Source: Clostridia bacterium
GTDB lineage: Bacteria > Bacillota > Clostridia > Oscillospirales > SIG627
Assembly: GCA_017439965.1 (NCBI GenBank)
Contig: JAFSID010000051.1
Location: 33,232-97,231 of the forward strand
Direction: 5' to 3'
DNA length: 64,000 nt
Shown: piece by piece, positions 54,222 to 60,944 of the stretch
Layout: each line of letters starts with the position of its first letter
Numbering within the stretch: the first letter of the stretch is position 1
Position numbers and translations under genes: made by a program
Notes under the pieces: generated by a model
Told to the model about the DNA's origin: nothing
What the model saw: only the letters and a program-made list of their open reading frames with translations
Databases searched by the model: none

Positions 54222-54483
54222 ACAGTCCCTCCAGCTCTACGTTCTCAAGCTCGGCGCGGAGCTCAAGGATATGTAAGTATTCACCCATAACACTCTGCTG
54301 ACGGCGAAGAAGCGAAAGCGGACAGTCGTGTTTTACTTCATCCCCGATAAGCTCCGCCGCCTCAATGGTGTTATTAAATCTTTTGAGACGTTCATAACGC
54401 TCCTTTGTCTGAAGGTATTCAGCCTGAAACCTTTCGCGGTAGTCTGAGCTGTTCATCAGCTCCACAGTCTTATTCAAGTCCAT
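54211..54483 (-). CDS. conserved phage protein of unknown function (90 aa)
   Basis: The SSDYRERFQAEYLQTKERYERLK..CPLSLLRRQ..MGEYLHILELRA pattern recurs in many phages. Confidence 0.45.
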   Translation of the reverse strand: MDLNKTVELMNSSDYRERFQAEYLQTKERYERLKRFNNTIEAAELIGDEVKHDCPLSLLRRQQSVMGEYLHILELRAELENVELEGLYEH

Positions 54484-54832
54484 AGTATATATCCTCCGTA
54501 AATATTTTTAGGTCTTCGCCGTTCACCGACGTTGGATTGATGAGCTGTATCACGCACCCCTTCGCTCCTGCTACGTATACGAGAATACTATCGGCAACCG
54601 CTTCAAAGGAGAGCGACGCATCGTCGTAGATTCTCACCCAGTGACGACCTGCGTACAGAAGCTTATAATGCTCGCCGATTTCTGCGTTTTCGTCAACGAC
54701 GTATGCGTGATATACGCCGTCCTCTCCGAAGTGAAGCATCCTGGCTGAATCGGGGAAGCGGACCGTGAGACTCGCTCCGTCGCTTGCTCCGATGCACTGC
54801 TTCGGATACTCCTTGTAATGATTTTTTTCCAT
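54470..54832 (-). CDS. hypothetical early protein (120 aa)
   Basis: Start MEKNHY behind AAGGAGG. Confidence 0.45.
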   Translation of the reverse strand: MEKNHYKEYPKQCIGASDGASLTVRFPDSARMLHFGEDGVYHAYVVDENAEIGEHYKLLYAGRHWVRIYDDASLSFEAVADSILVYVAGAKGCVIQLINPTSVNGEDLKIFTEDIYYGLE

Positions 54833-54845
54833 TTTAAAAACCTCC

Positions 54846-55007
54846 TTATTTTCTCCGCTCTCGGCGGTTATTTTGCATGTTTGCTTCAACAGAACCGTCG
54901 ATAAGTCCCCGACGAAGCTCTGCCCTCTCGATTTTTCGAAATTCCTCGTCTGACGTGAACAGACGGCCGACGGCGGTAACGATAAGAATAAATAATGCCT
55001 CTAACAT
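54846..55007 (-). CDS. 53-aa hypothetical protein (N-terminal TM helix)
   Basis: AGGAGGTG RBS. Below the ORF-track size cut-off. Confidence 0.4.
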   Translation of the reverse strand: MLEALFILIVTAVGRLFTSDEEFRKIERAELRRGLIDGSVEANMQNNRRERRK

Positions 55008-55021
55008 TTTTTCACCTCCTG

Positions 55022-55201
55022 TTAAGTTGCAACAGTGAGATTCTGTGTTTCAAACTTTTCAAGGTCTTCTTTTCTCACTTTGTAGATTTTGCCGATTTTT
55101 ATTGCAGGAAGCTTCTTTTCTCTCACCCATGCCCATACAGTTGAAATCTTTACACCGTATCTGTCGGCGACTTCCTGACACGAATAAAACGTTCTTTCCA
55201 C
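55022..55201 (-). CDS. Cro/excisionase-family HTH protein (59 aa)
   Basis: GTG start behind AAGGAGAG. Sequence FYSCQEVADRYGVKISTVWAWVREKKLPAIKIGKIYKVRKEDLEKF. Divergent from the repressor gene. Confidence 0.65.
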   Translation of the reverse strand: MERTFYSCQEVADRYGVKISTVWAWVREKKLPAIKIGKIYKVRKEDLEKFETQNLTVAT

Positions 55202-55221
55202 TTTGTTTCACTCTCCTTTTA

Positions 55222-55250
55222 TTGACTTTTGTTTTGTTTAGTGCTATAAT
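55222..55250 (+). promoter_or_regulatory. rightward promoter toward the repressor gene
   Basis: TTGACT, 17-nt spacer, TATAAT. Confidence 0.55.
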
Positions 55251-55258
55251 AGAACTAC

Positions 55259-55354
55259 AATTAAACTAAAGTATAATTATGCTCAATTAAGTTTAATTAA
55301 ATATAGCACACAAATTAAACTTTGTCAACACTTTTGCTCAATTTTGTTTAATTA
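55259..55354. promoter_or_regulatory. operator region: four GTTTAATT/AATTAAAC half-sites and two 20-mers
   Basis: Half-sites at 55259-66, 55291-98, 55313-20 and 55346-53. The 20-mers tgctcaatt(aa/tt)gtttaatta sit at 55280-99 and 55335-54 and match at 18 of 20 positions. Confidence 0.6.
55300..55328 (-). promoter_or_regulatory. leftward promoter toward cro and the early operon
   Basis: TTGACA, 17-nt spacer, TATATT on the minus strand. Confidence 0.55.
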
Positions 55355-55377
55355 TTTTTTAAAGGGGTTTAATAAAA

Positions 55378-56025
55378 ATGTGTTTTTATGATAAAATAAG
55401 TGAACTATGTTCAAAAAAAGGTATATCAATTACCGCACTTGCTGTTGAGTTAGGATTATCTAAGGGAACTCCAACTAATTGGAAAAAAATGATAAAGCCA
55501 CCTCGTGCCAATACAGTTAAAGCAATAGCTGATTATTTCGGTGTATCAGTCGAATATCTCACATCGGATTCCGAGGAAAACAAAAAAACAGCACTCGATA
55601 TAAAAACGAATGCTGTATTTCTGGATAATACAAAAATAAGGGCACTTCCTTTGTTTGAGAGCGTTTCGGCAGGTTTCGGTGTAACTGCCCTTGAGGAAAT
55701 TGACGGTTACGTTCCTTGCTACATTGAAAGTGATTACGAAGCTGAAAACTCTATATGCCTTAAGGTATGGGGAGATAGTATGTCTCCCAAAATCGAAAGC
55801 GGAGATATAATACAAGTATTAAAACAATCAAGTGTTGACAGCGGAAGTATAGCCGTTGTGCTCATCGACGGAGAAGAAGGTCTCGTCAAGAAGGTTGTTT
55901 ACGGTAAATCGTGGATTGAACTCCATAGTATTAATCCCGCTTATCCTGTACAACGATTTAAAGGTATAGACGTAACAAGGGTTAGCGTTGTCGGACTTGT
56001 TAAAAGAGTTATAAAGGAATTATAA
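55378..56025 (+). CDS. cI/LexA-like repressor (XRE HTH plus S24 peptidase)
   Basis: HTH ISITALAVELGLSKGTPTNWKK. Catalytic Ser in GDSMSP and Lys in LVKKVVY. Confidence 0.85.
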   Translation: MCFYDKISELCSKKGISITALAVELGLSKGTPTNWKKMIKPPRANTVKAIADYFGVSVEYLTSDSEENKKTALDIKTNAVFLDNTKIRALPLFESVSAGFGVTALEEIDGYVPCYIESDYEAENSICLKVWGDSMSPKIESGDIIQVLKQSSVDSGSIAVVLIDGEEGLVKKVVYGKSWIELHSINPAYPVQRFKGIDVTRVSVVGLVKRVIKEL

Positions 56026-56039
56026 AGGAAAGTTTAAAT

Positions 56040-56567
56040 ATGTTTGATTTTTTAAAAAAGAAAAAAGCACAAAATGTTATAACCAAAGAACTGTTTGGAG
56101 AAAGAATTTTAAGTCGTTTTATTTTACAAAGCGGAACTAATTGTACAGATATTTTTGAAGCCCTTGGTGAAGAACCTACTTTTGCACATTATTTGATATA
56201 TTTGCAATATTTGTTGTATTTATCCTCAAAAATTCTGGAGCAAAAATATTCTGAATGTGAGGTTGATACAATAATAGATTCAGCGATTGATGGATTGTTT
56301 GATTTTATGGATTGTGTGCCTACACACAAGAAGCCAGAAGCCAAAAAAACAACTAAAGAACACTACTTCGATTTTAAGGAAACTTTAGAGTTGCTATGCA
56401 GTAACATTAATGATGAAAACACAATACATAAAATATCAGATGATTTTATTGAATATTTTCAAATCAATCACACATCGCAAAACCATTTTTTGATTTTTAC
56501 CGAATTTTCTTTGTTTGTGATTCATCACACACAAGATATTCTTAATGATAATATACAATTAGTTTAA
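56040..56567 (+). CDS. hypothetical lysogeny-region cargo protein (175 aa)
   Basis: AT-rich ORF between the repressor and the integrase, with no recognisable motif. Confidence 0.45.
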   Translation: MFDFLKKKKAQNVITKELFGERILSRFILQSGTNCTDIFEALGEEPTFAHYLIYLQYLLYLSSKILEQKYSECEVDTIIDSAIDGLFDFMDCVPTHKKPEAKKTTKEHYFDFKETLELLCSNINDENTIHKISDDFIEYFQINHTSQNHFLIFTEFSLFVIHHTQDILNDNIQLV

Positions 56568-56574
56568 GAGCAAC

Positions 56575-56838
56575 TTGACGAAATTCGCATTCTCGGAAAA
56601 GCAGTTGCTTTCCAAAGTATGTTATGAGGGACTTGTAAAACGTGTAGTTTACGGAAGAAGTTGGATCGAGCTTCACAGCATCAACCCTGCTTACCCGGTA
56701 CAACGTTTTGACGGCGAGGAATTACTTAACATGCAAATTGTTGGGGCAGAAATCCAATTTGTTATAAATCAACCCAAATATGTCCGCATTGTAGTTTTGC
56801 GGTCCGTGAATATTTTGATAAAACCAAAGTGTAACTAA
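56575..56838 (+). pseudogene. remnant of a second S24-repressor C-terminus
   Basis: LVKRVVYGRSWIELHSINPAYPVQRFDG versus LVKKVVYGKSWIELHSINPAYPVQRFKG in the intact repressor. It lacks the HTH and the catalytic Ser. Confidence 0.6.
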
Positions 56839-56850
56839 GGAGAGTCGTTT

Positions 56851-57141
56851 ATGGCCACGATAATTGGCGTTTCAGTTTTAATTGTAATATTTATTGTTTT
56901 TACATACGTTGCAATGAGCACGGAACGTAAAGAAGTCGATACGTTTCCTCTAAAGATAAAAATATTTTTTCACAAAAAAGTTCTCCCGGTCTTGCTAATC
57001 GTTGGATGGGTAATGGGGACGGTTCATTTTTGCGATATCCTAAACCATTTCGGTATTAGAGGTGTTTTAGAAGTTATTTATGCAATTGCGTTTTTTGGTA
57101 TTATGGTATATGCTTTCTACTATGTATCAAAAGATAAGTAA
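56851..57141 (+). CDS. small membrane protein (96 aa, 3 TM helices)
   Basis: AAGGAGAG RBS and three hydrophobic helices. Confidence 0.5.
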   Translation: MATIIGVSVLIVIFIVFTYVAMSTERKEVDTFPLKIKIFFHKKVLPVLLIVGWVMGTVHFCDILNHFGIRGVLEVIYAIAFFGIMVYAFYYVSKDK

Positions 57142-57289
57142 AATAGTAAAAAGCTCTTTGTAAACAGTGTGGTAAAAAAACAAAAAATGAAACCCAAGAG
57201 GAAGTTTGATTGTATAGAATTACAAGGTGAATTATGACACGACGTTCGGACGGTCTCTGGCAGGAGTCTATTACCATAAGAGGTGCAAT

Positions 57290-58387
57290 ATGGCAGATAA
57301 ACGTTATTACAGAAAAACATTAACGCTTCCTGATGGCAAGAAAAAAGATATATACGCAAAATCTAAAGCCGAGCTTGAAGAAAAAGTCCTTGAGGCTAAA
57401 ATGGCACTTCGAATCGGTGTTGACCTCGGCGACGGAACGACATTTGCCGAATATGCTTCTATGTGGTTTAGAACATACAAGCAGCCTTATTTACGGCCGA
57501 GTTCTCAAGAATTGACCTTATCTGTTCTAAATAATCACATATTGCCTTATATTGGATACCTGCCCATTAAATCTATTGTTGCTATTCACATTCAAGACGT
57601 TATGAATAGGGCAGGAGATAAAAGCAAATCGTTAAATATTAAAATTTTAAACACCCTGAGAGCAATATTTGATTCAGCTGTAGATAATAACCTTATTATA
57701 AAATCTCCCGTGCCGAAACGTCAACGTTTAAGTGGAACCGATACAAAAGAAAAAGAAGCCTTGTCGCATGAACAGGAAAATGTTCTGCTTGAGGCTCTTA
57801 AGGATACCGGTGCTACGTATTTATTTGTTTTGATGGGGCTGAAGACGGGGTTGCGCCGCGGAGAATTACTTGGTCTTATGTGGGATGCAATAGACCTTGA
57901 TAAAGGCGAAATAAAGGTTTTTCGAAATCTTGTAATTGTGAACGGACATACTCAGCTCGAGGACACAACCAAAACGAAAGCAGGCGTTCGCACCGTTCCT
58001 GTCCCGGACAGTCTTCTTGAATTGCTTAAGGCGGAAAAGGCAAAAACTACATCGTTTTTTGTTTTTCACAAACGTGACGGCTCTATGATGTCGCAAACAG
58101 CATATAAGAACTTGTGGCATAAGGTACAAATACGTCATAAAAATATTTCATTTACACCGAAGAAGAACAATCATCTCGAAGTGAAACGCATTATAGATTT
58201 TGACGTCACCCCTCACATTCTCAGACACACATATATTACACGGCTGTTTGAGGCGGGGCTGGATATAAAAGAAGTTCAATATCTCGCAGGACACGCAGAC
58301 GTTACGGTTACTATGAAGATTTATACCCATTATTCTGAATCTCGTAAGCCGGATACGTTCGCAAAGGTACGTGCCGCTTTGGGATAA
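57290..58387 (+). CDS. int: tyrosine recombinase / phage integrase
   Basis: MADKRYYRKTLTLPDGKKK N-terminus. C-terminal HILRHTYITRL and LAGHADVTVTMKIYTHY (R-H-R-Y catalytic set). Start at ATG 57290 behind AAGAGGTG. Confidence 0.9.
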   Translation: MADKRYYRKTLTLPDGKKKDIYAKSKAELEEKVLEAKMALRIGVDLGDGTTFAEYASMWFRTYKQPYLRPSSQELTLSVLNNHILPYIGYLPIKSIVAIHIQDVMNRAGDKSKSLNIKILNTLRAIFDSAVDNNLIIKSPVPKRQRLSGTDTKEKEALSHEQENVLLEALKDTGATYLFVLMGLKTGLRRGELLGLMWDAIDLDKGEIKVFRNLVIVNGHTQLEDTTKTKAGVRTVPVPDSLLELLKAEKAKTTSFFVFHKRDGSMMSQTAYKNLWHKVQIRHKNISFTPKKNNHLEVKRIIDFDVTPHILRHTYITRLFEAGLDIKEVQYLAGHADVTVTMKIYTHYSESRKPDTFAKVRAALG

Positions 58388-58389
58388 TT

Positions 58390-58417
58390 AAAAGCCTCCG
58401 TTAACGGAGGCTTTTTG
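58390..58417 (+). terminator. intrinsic terminator after int
   Basis: Hairpin agcctccg-ttaa-cggaggct followed by T5. Confidence 0.7.
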
Positions 58418-58424
58418 TTCAAAA

Positions 58425-58470
58425 AAATTACCGACTTTTTACCGACTTTTTTACGGTAAACCACGGTAAA
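58425..58470. repeat. arm-type sites in the attR arm (2 direct TTACCGAC plus 2 inverted TTACCG)
   Basis: The 23-mer is identical to 24258-24280 and is followed by acggtaaaccacggtaaa. Confidence 0.6.
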
Positions 58471-58513
58471 ATGAATGAAAATACGGGAATTAATTTCAAT
58501 AAAAGCAAAAAAC

Positions 58514-58558
58514 AAAACACCCGATTATCCCTAATATATAAGGACTTTCGGGTGTTTT
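58514..58558 (+). terminator. hairpin plus T-run insulating the tRNA from prophage read-out
   Basis: 11-bp arms aaaacacccga / tcgggtgtttt with a 23-nt loop. Confidence 0.4.
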
Positions 58559-58562
58559 TGTG

Positions 58563-58607
58563 TGGTGGAGACAACTGGAATCGAACCAGTGACCTCTTGC
58601 ATGTCAA
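58563..58607. repeat. attR core (within the intact tRNA-Val)
   Basis: Identical to 24150-24194. Confidence 0.9.
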
Positions 58608-58639
58608 GCAAGCACTCTAACCAGCTGAGCTATGCCTCC
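58563..58639 (-). tRNA. tRNA-Val: tRNA-Val (anticodon GAC), CCA encoded
   Basis: A manual cloverleaf fold of GGAGGCATAGCTCAGCTGGTTAGAGTGCTTGCTTGACATGCAAGAGGTCACTGGTTCGATTCCAGTTGTCTCCACCA pairs all four stems. Confidence 0.9.
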
Positions 58640-58715
58640 TGGTCGGAATGACAGGATTTGAACCTGCGACATCCTGCTCCCAAAGCAGGCGCGCTACCAT
58701 CTGCGCTACATCCCG
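58640..58715 (-). tRNA. tRNA-Pro: tRNA-Pro (anticodon TGG), CCA encoded
   Basis: CGGGATGTAGCGCAGATGGTAGCGCGCCTGCTTTGGGAGCAGGATGTCGCAGGTTCAAATCCTGTCATTCCGACCA folds as a cloverleaf. Confidence 0.9.
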
Positions 58716-58746
58716 ATAGTGAAGCTTATCATTTGACATCTACAAA

Positions 58747-58775
58747 AGTATATCACATAACATTCAAAAAATCAA
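58747..58775 (-). promoter_or_regulatory. candidate promoter of the tRNA operon
   Basis: TTGATT, 17-nt spacer, TATACT on the minus strand, about 30 nt upstream of the tRNA-Pro 5' end. Confidence 0.45.
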
Positions 58776-58887
58776 GGCTTTTTCAAATTTTATATATATA
58801 CAATTTTCCGCTTGAAATAGCATAGTAAATATGATAAAATTACTTTGGTTATTGACGAAGAATAATTATGACGAGGATGATAGAATT

Positions 58888-59721
58888 ATGAAGCTTCAGT
58901 ATTTAGGAACTGCGGCGGCAGAGGGAATTCCCGCAGTATTTTGCGAATGTGAAAACTGCAAAAAATCAAGAGCTGCAGGAGGTAAAAATATAAGGACACG
59001 CAGTCAGGCTTTGATTGACGACAGATTGCTTATAGATTTTCCTGCGGATACTTATATGCATTTTTTGACGTATGATTTTCCGTTGGCTAAAATCAAAAGC
59101 TGTCTTATCACGCATTCACATACGGATCATCTGTATCCGGAAGAAATGCTGATGAGAAAAAATGGCTTTTCGCATATTAATGAAAAATCGCCGTTGACCT
59201 TTTATTCCGATGAGTCGGGCTTTAATTCAATAAGTAAATTCAAAGCCGAAAGAGGAATTTCGGACGATGACGTTTTGGTTAACAGAATAAAGCTATACGA
59301 GACGTTTGAGGTGGAAGAATATAAAATAACGGCACTGAGAGCGGCTCACGACGTTTATTCAACACCAGTGGTGTATCTGATTGAAAAGGACGGTAAAACC
59401 GTTTTTTATTCAAACGATACCAGTGAGTATCCCGACGAAAGCCAAGAATATCTCAAACGCCTTCAAAAGCCAATCGATTTGATTTCACTTGATTGTACGG
59501 AGGCTTGTAACGATATAACGTACGTAGGTCATATGTCACTTGACAGATGTATTGCTCTTCGCTCAAGGCTTGTTGAAATCGGTGCGGCAGATAGCAATAC
59601 GGTGTTCGTTTTAAATCACTTCTCTCACAACGGAAAGAGTGTTGTGTACGATGAATTTGTAAAAATTGCAGAGGGATACGGCTTTAAGGTATCCTTTGAC
59701 GGTATGGTTATTGAAATCTGA
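58888..59721 (+). CDS. MBL-fold metallo-hydrolase (PhnP-like)
   Basis: HSHTDH motif and an N-terminal CxxC pair. Start at MKLQYLG. Confidence 0.7.
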   Translation: MKLQYLGTAAAEGIPAVFCECENCKKSRAAGGKNIRTRSQALIDDRLLIDFPADTYMHFLTYDFPLAKIKSCLITHSHTDHLYPEEMLMRKNGFSHINEKSPLTFYSDESGFNSISKFKAERGISDDDVLVNRIKLYETFEVEEYKITALRAAHDVYSTPVVYLIEKDGKTVFYSNDTSEYPDESQEYLKRLQKPIDLISLDCTEACNDITYVGHMSLDRCIALRSRLVEIGAADSNTVFVLNHFSHNGKSVVYDEFVKIAEGYGFKVSFDGMVIEI

Positions 59722-59732
59722 GGGAGTATATT

Positions 59733-60623
59733 ATGAAAATAGGGATGAGACCCACGTCATACATCAAGGCATACGGTGACAAGGGCTTTTATAAAATGGC
59801 GGAGCACGGCTTTGAGTGTATAGATTATCAGAGCTTTATAGCGACGTCAACCGACTTCTTCAAGCTTGATATGACGGCTTTTGAAAAGGCTCTTCTAAAG
59901 GAAAGAGGGAAAATTGAGCGTGAGGGACTCTTCGTGCATCAGGCTCACGCGCCCTTCGGCTTTCCCATCAAGGACGGTACAGTCGAGGAGCGTGCCGAGA
60001 GATTTGAGGAAATGCGTAAGTCGGTTTACGGCACTGCGGTGCTTGGAGCTAAGACTCTCGTAATGCATCCGCTGTCCCCCTTCACCCTTGAGTGCCCCGA
60101 CCCTGCCGAAGAGACCGCCAAAATAAACGCCGATTTTATCACTCGCCTTGCAGAATATGCGAGGGATTTCGGTATAACCGTCTGCGTTGAAAATCTTCCG
60201 TTCCCGTTTTATTCTCTTTCACATTGCGAGGCGGTAAATAAATTCGTCAGGTCTCTTGATATCGACAACGTTAAGATATGTCTTGATATCGGTCACACTC
60301 ATTATTTAAGCTACGTCAAGACCCAACTCGGTGTAGGACGGGACGAGTACGTACCCTGCTCGGCAGAGAAGGCGGTAAGGCTTTTCGCAGATATGCTTCA
60401 TACCTGCCACATTCATCAGAATTACGGCGATACCGATGCTCACGCGCCTCTTGACGAGGGTAATATTGATATCAAGGCTTTCTCTGACGCACTCCTTGAT
60501 ATTGGCTACAAGGGTGTGTATTCACTTGAGATAGCCCTTCATTTTGATAAGCATCCAGAGTCCGAGTGGGACGCTTACGGCAGGCACGTTGCCGATACGG
60601 CTCGCAAATACGCAAAAAAATAA
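59733..60623 (+). CDS. sugar-phosphate isomerase/epimerase (xylose-isomerase-like TIM barrel)
   Basis: VCVENLPFP and CLDIGHTH motifs. Confidence 0.65.
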   Translation: MKIGMRPTSYIKAYGDKGFYKMAEHGFECIDYQSFIATSTDFFKLDMTAFEKALLKERGKIEREGLFVHQAHAPFGFPIKDGTVEERAERFEEMRKSVYGTAVLGAKTLVMHPLSPFTLECPDPAEETAKINADFITRLAEYARDFGITVCVENLPFPFYSLSHCEAVNKFVRSLDIDNVKICLDIGHTHYLSYVKTQLGVGRDEYVPCSAEKAVRLFADMLHTCHIHQNYGDTDAHAPLDEGNIDIKAFSDALLDIGYKGVYSLEIALHFDKHPESEWDAYGRHVADTARKYAKK

Positions 60624-60634
60624 AAAGCTCAAAC

Positions 60635-60668
60635 AAAAAGCGTGATGCAATAATGCAACACGCTTTTT
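60635..60668. terminator. bidirectional terminator
   Basis: Arms aaaaagcgtg / cacgcttttt with an inner tgca-ataa-tgca hairpin. Confidence 0.6.
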
Positions 60669-60752
60669 GTGTTAAATTATATAAATTGGAGGGAGAAAGG
60701 GAATTTCCTGTTCAAAAAAGTCTTCCTTAAAAACATTGCCGAAGGCGACCTT

Positions 60753-60926
60753 TTATTTCTTTTCCTCGCTGTTATGACAGCAGGAGCAGGAGCCTTCCTT
60801 TGAGCTGCAGGAGCAGCCTTCGGGACAGCCGATACACTTTTTACCGCTTTTCTTAGCGCGGTATACGTAAAAGCCTGCAAGACCTACGATAACAACGACT
60901 ACTGCAATAATAATTAAGTCTGTCAT
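60753..60926 (-). CDS. FeoB-associated Cys-rich membrane peptide (57 aa)
   Basis: MTDLIIIAVVVVIVGLAGFYVYRAKKSGKKCIGCPEGCSCSSKEGSCSCCHN, directly downstream of feoB. Replaces the out-of-frame track ORF 60677-60880. Confidence 0.7.
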   Translation of the reverse strand: MTDLIIIAVVVVIVGLAGFYVYRAKKSGKKCIGCPEGCSCSSKEGSCSCCHNSEEKK

Positions 60927-60944
60927 AAAAATCTCCGTTGGAAA

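Larger units (their letters stand above)
24150..58607. mobile_element. integrated prophage (about 34.5 kb) in tRNA-Val(GAC)
   Basis: 45-bp direct repeats, a tyrosine integrase next to the intact tRNA, a cI/Cro switch, terminase-portal-capsid genes, lysis genes and arm-type repeats at both ends. Confidence 0.9.

Noticed and set aside
55272-55277. Second TATAAT box in the switch region as an additional repressor promoter.
   Set aside because: There is no acceptable -35 element at 16-18 nt spacing, so it is treated as part of the AT-rich operator region.
57227-57289. N-terminal extensions suggested by the ORF track (integrase from 57227; also 2030, 22516, 34736, 39523, 51856 and 54889).
   Set aside because: In each case an internal ATG with a proper Shine-Dalgarno and a family-typical N-terminus gives a better start. 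The extensions overlap upstream genes or lack an RBS.
60677-60880. 67-aa track ORF downstream of feoB.
   Set aside because: A different frame on the same strand (60753-60926) encodes a textbook FeoB-associated TM plus Cys-rich peptide with a GGAG RBS, which explains the region better.
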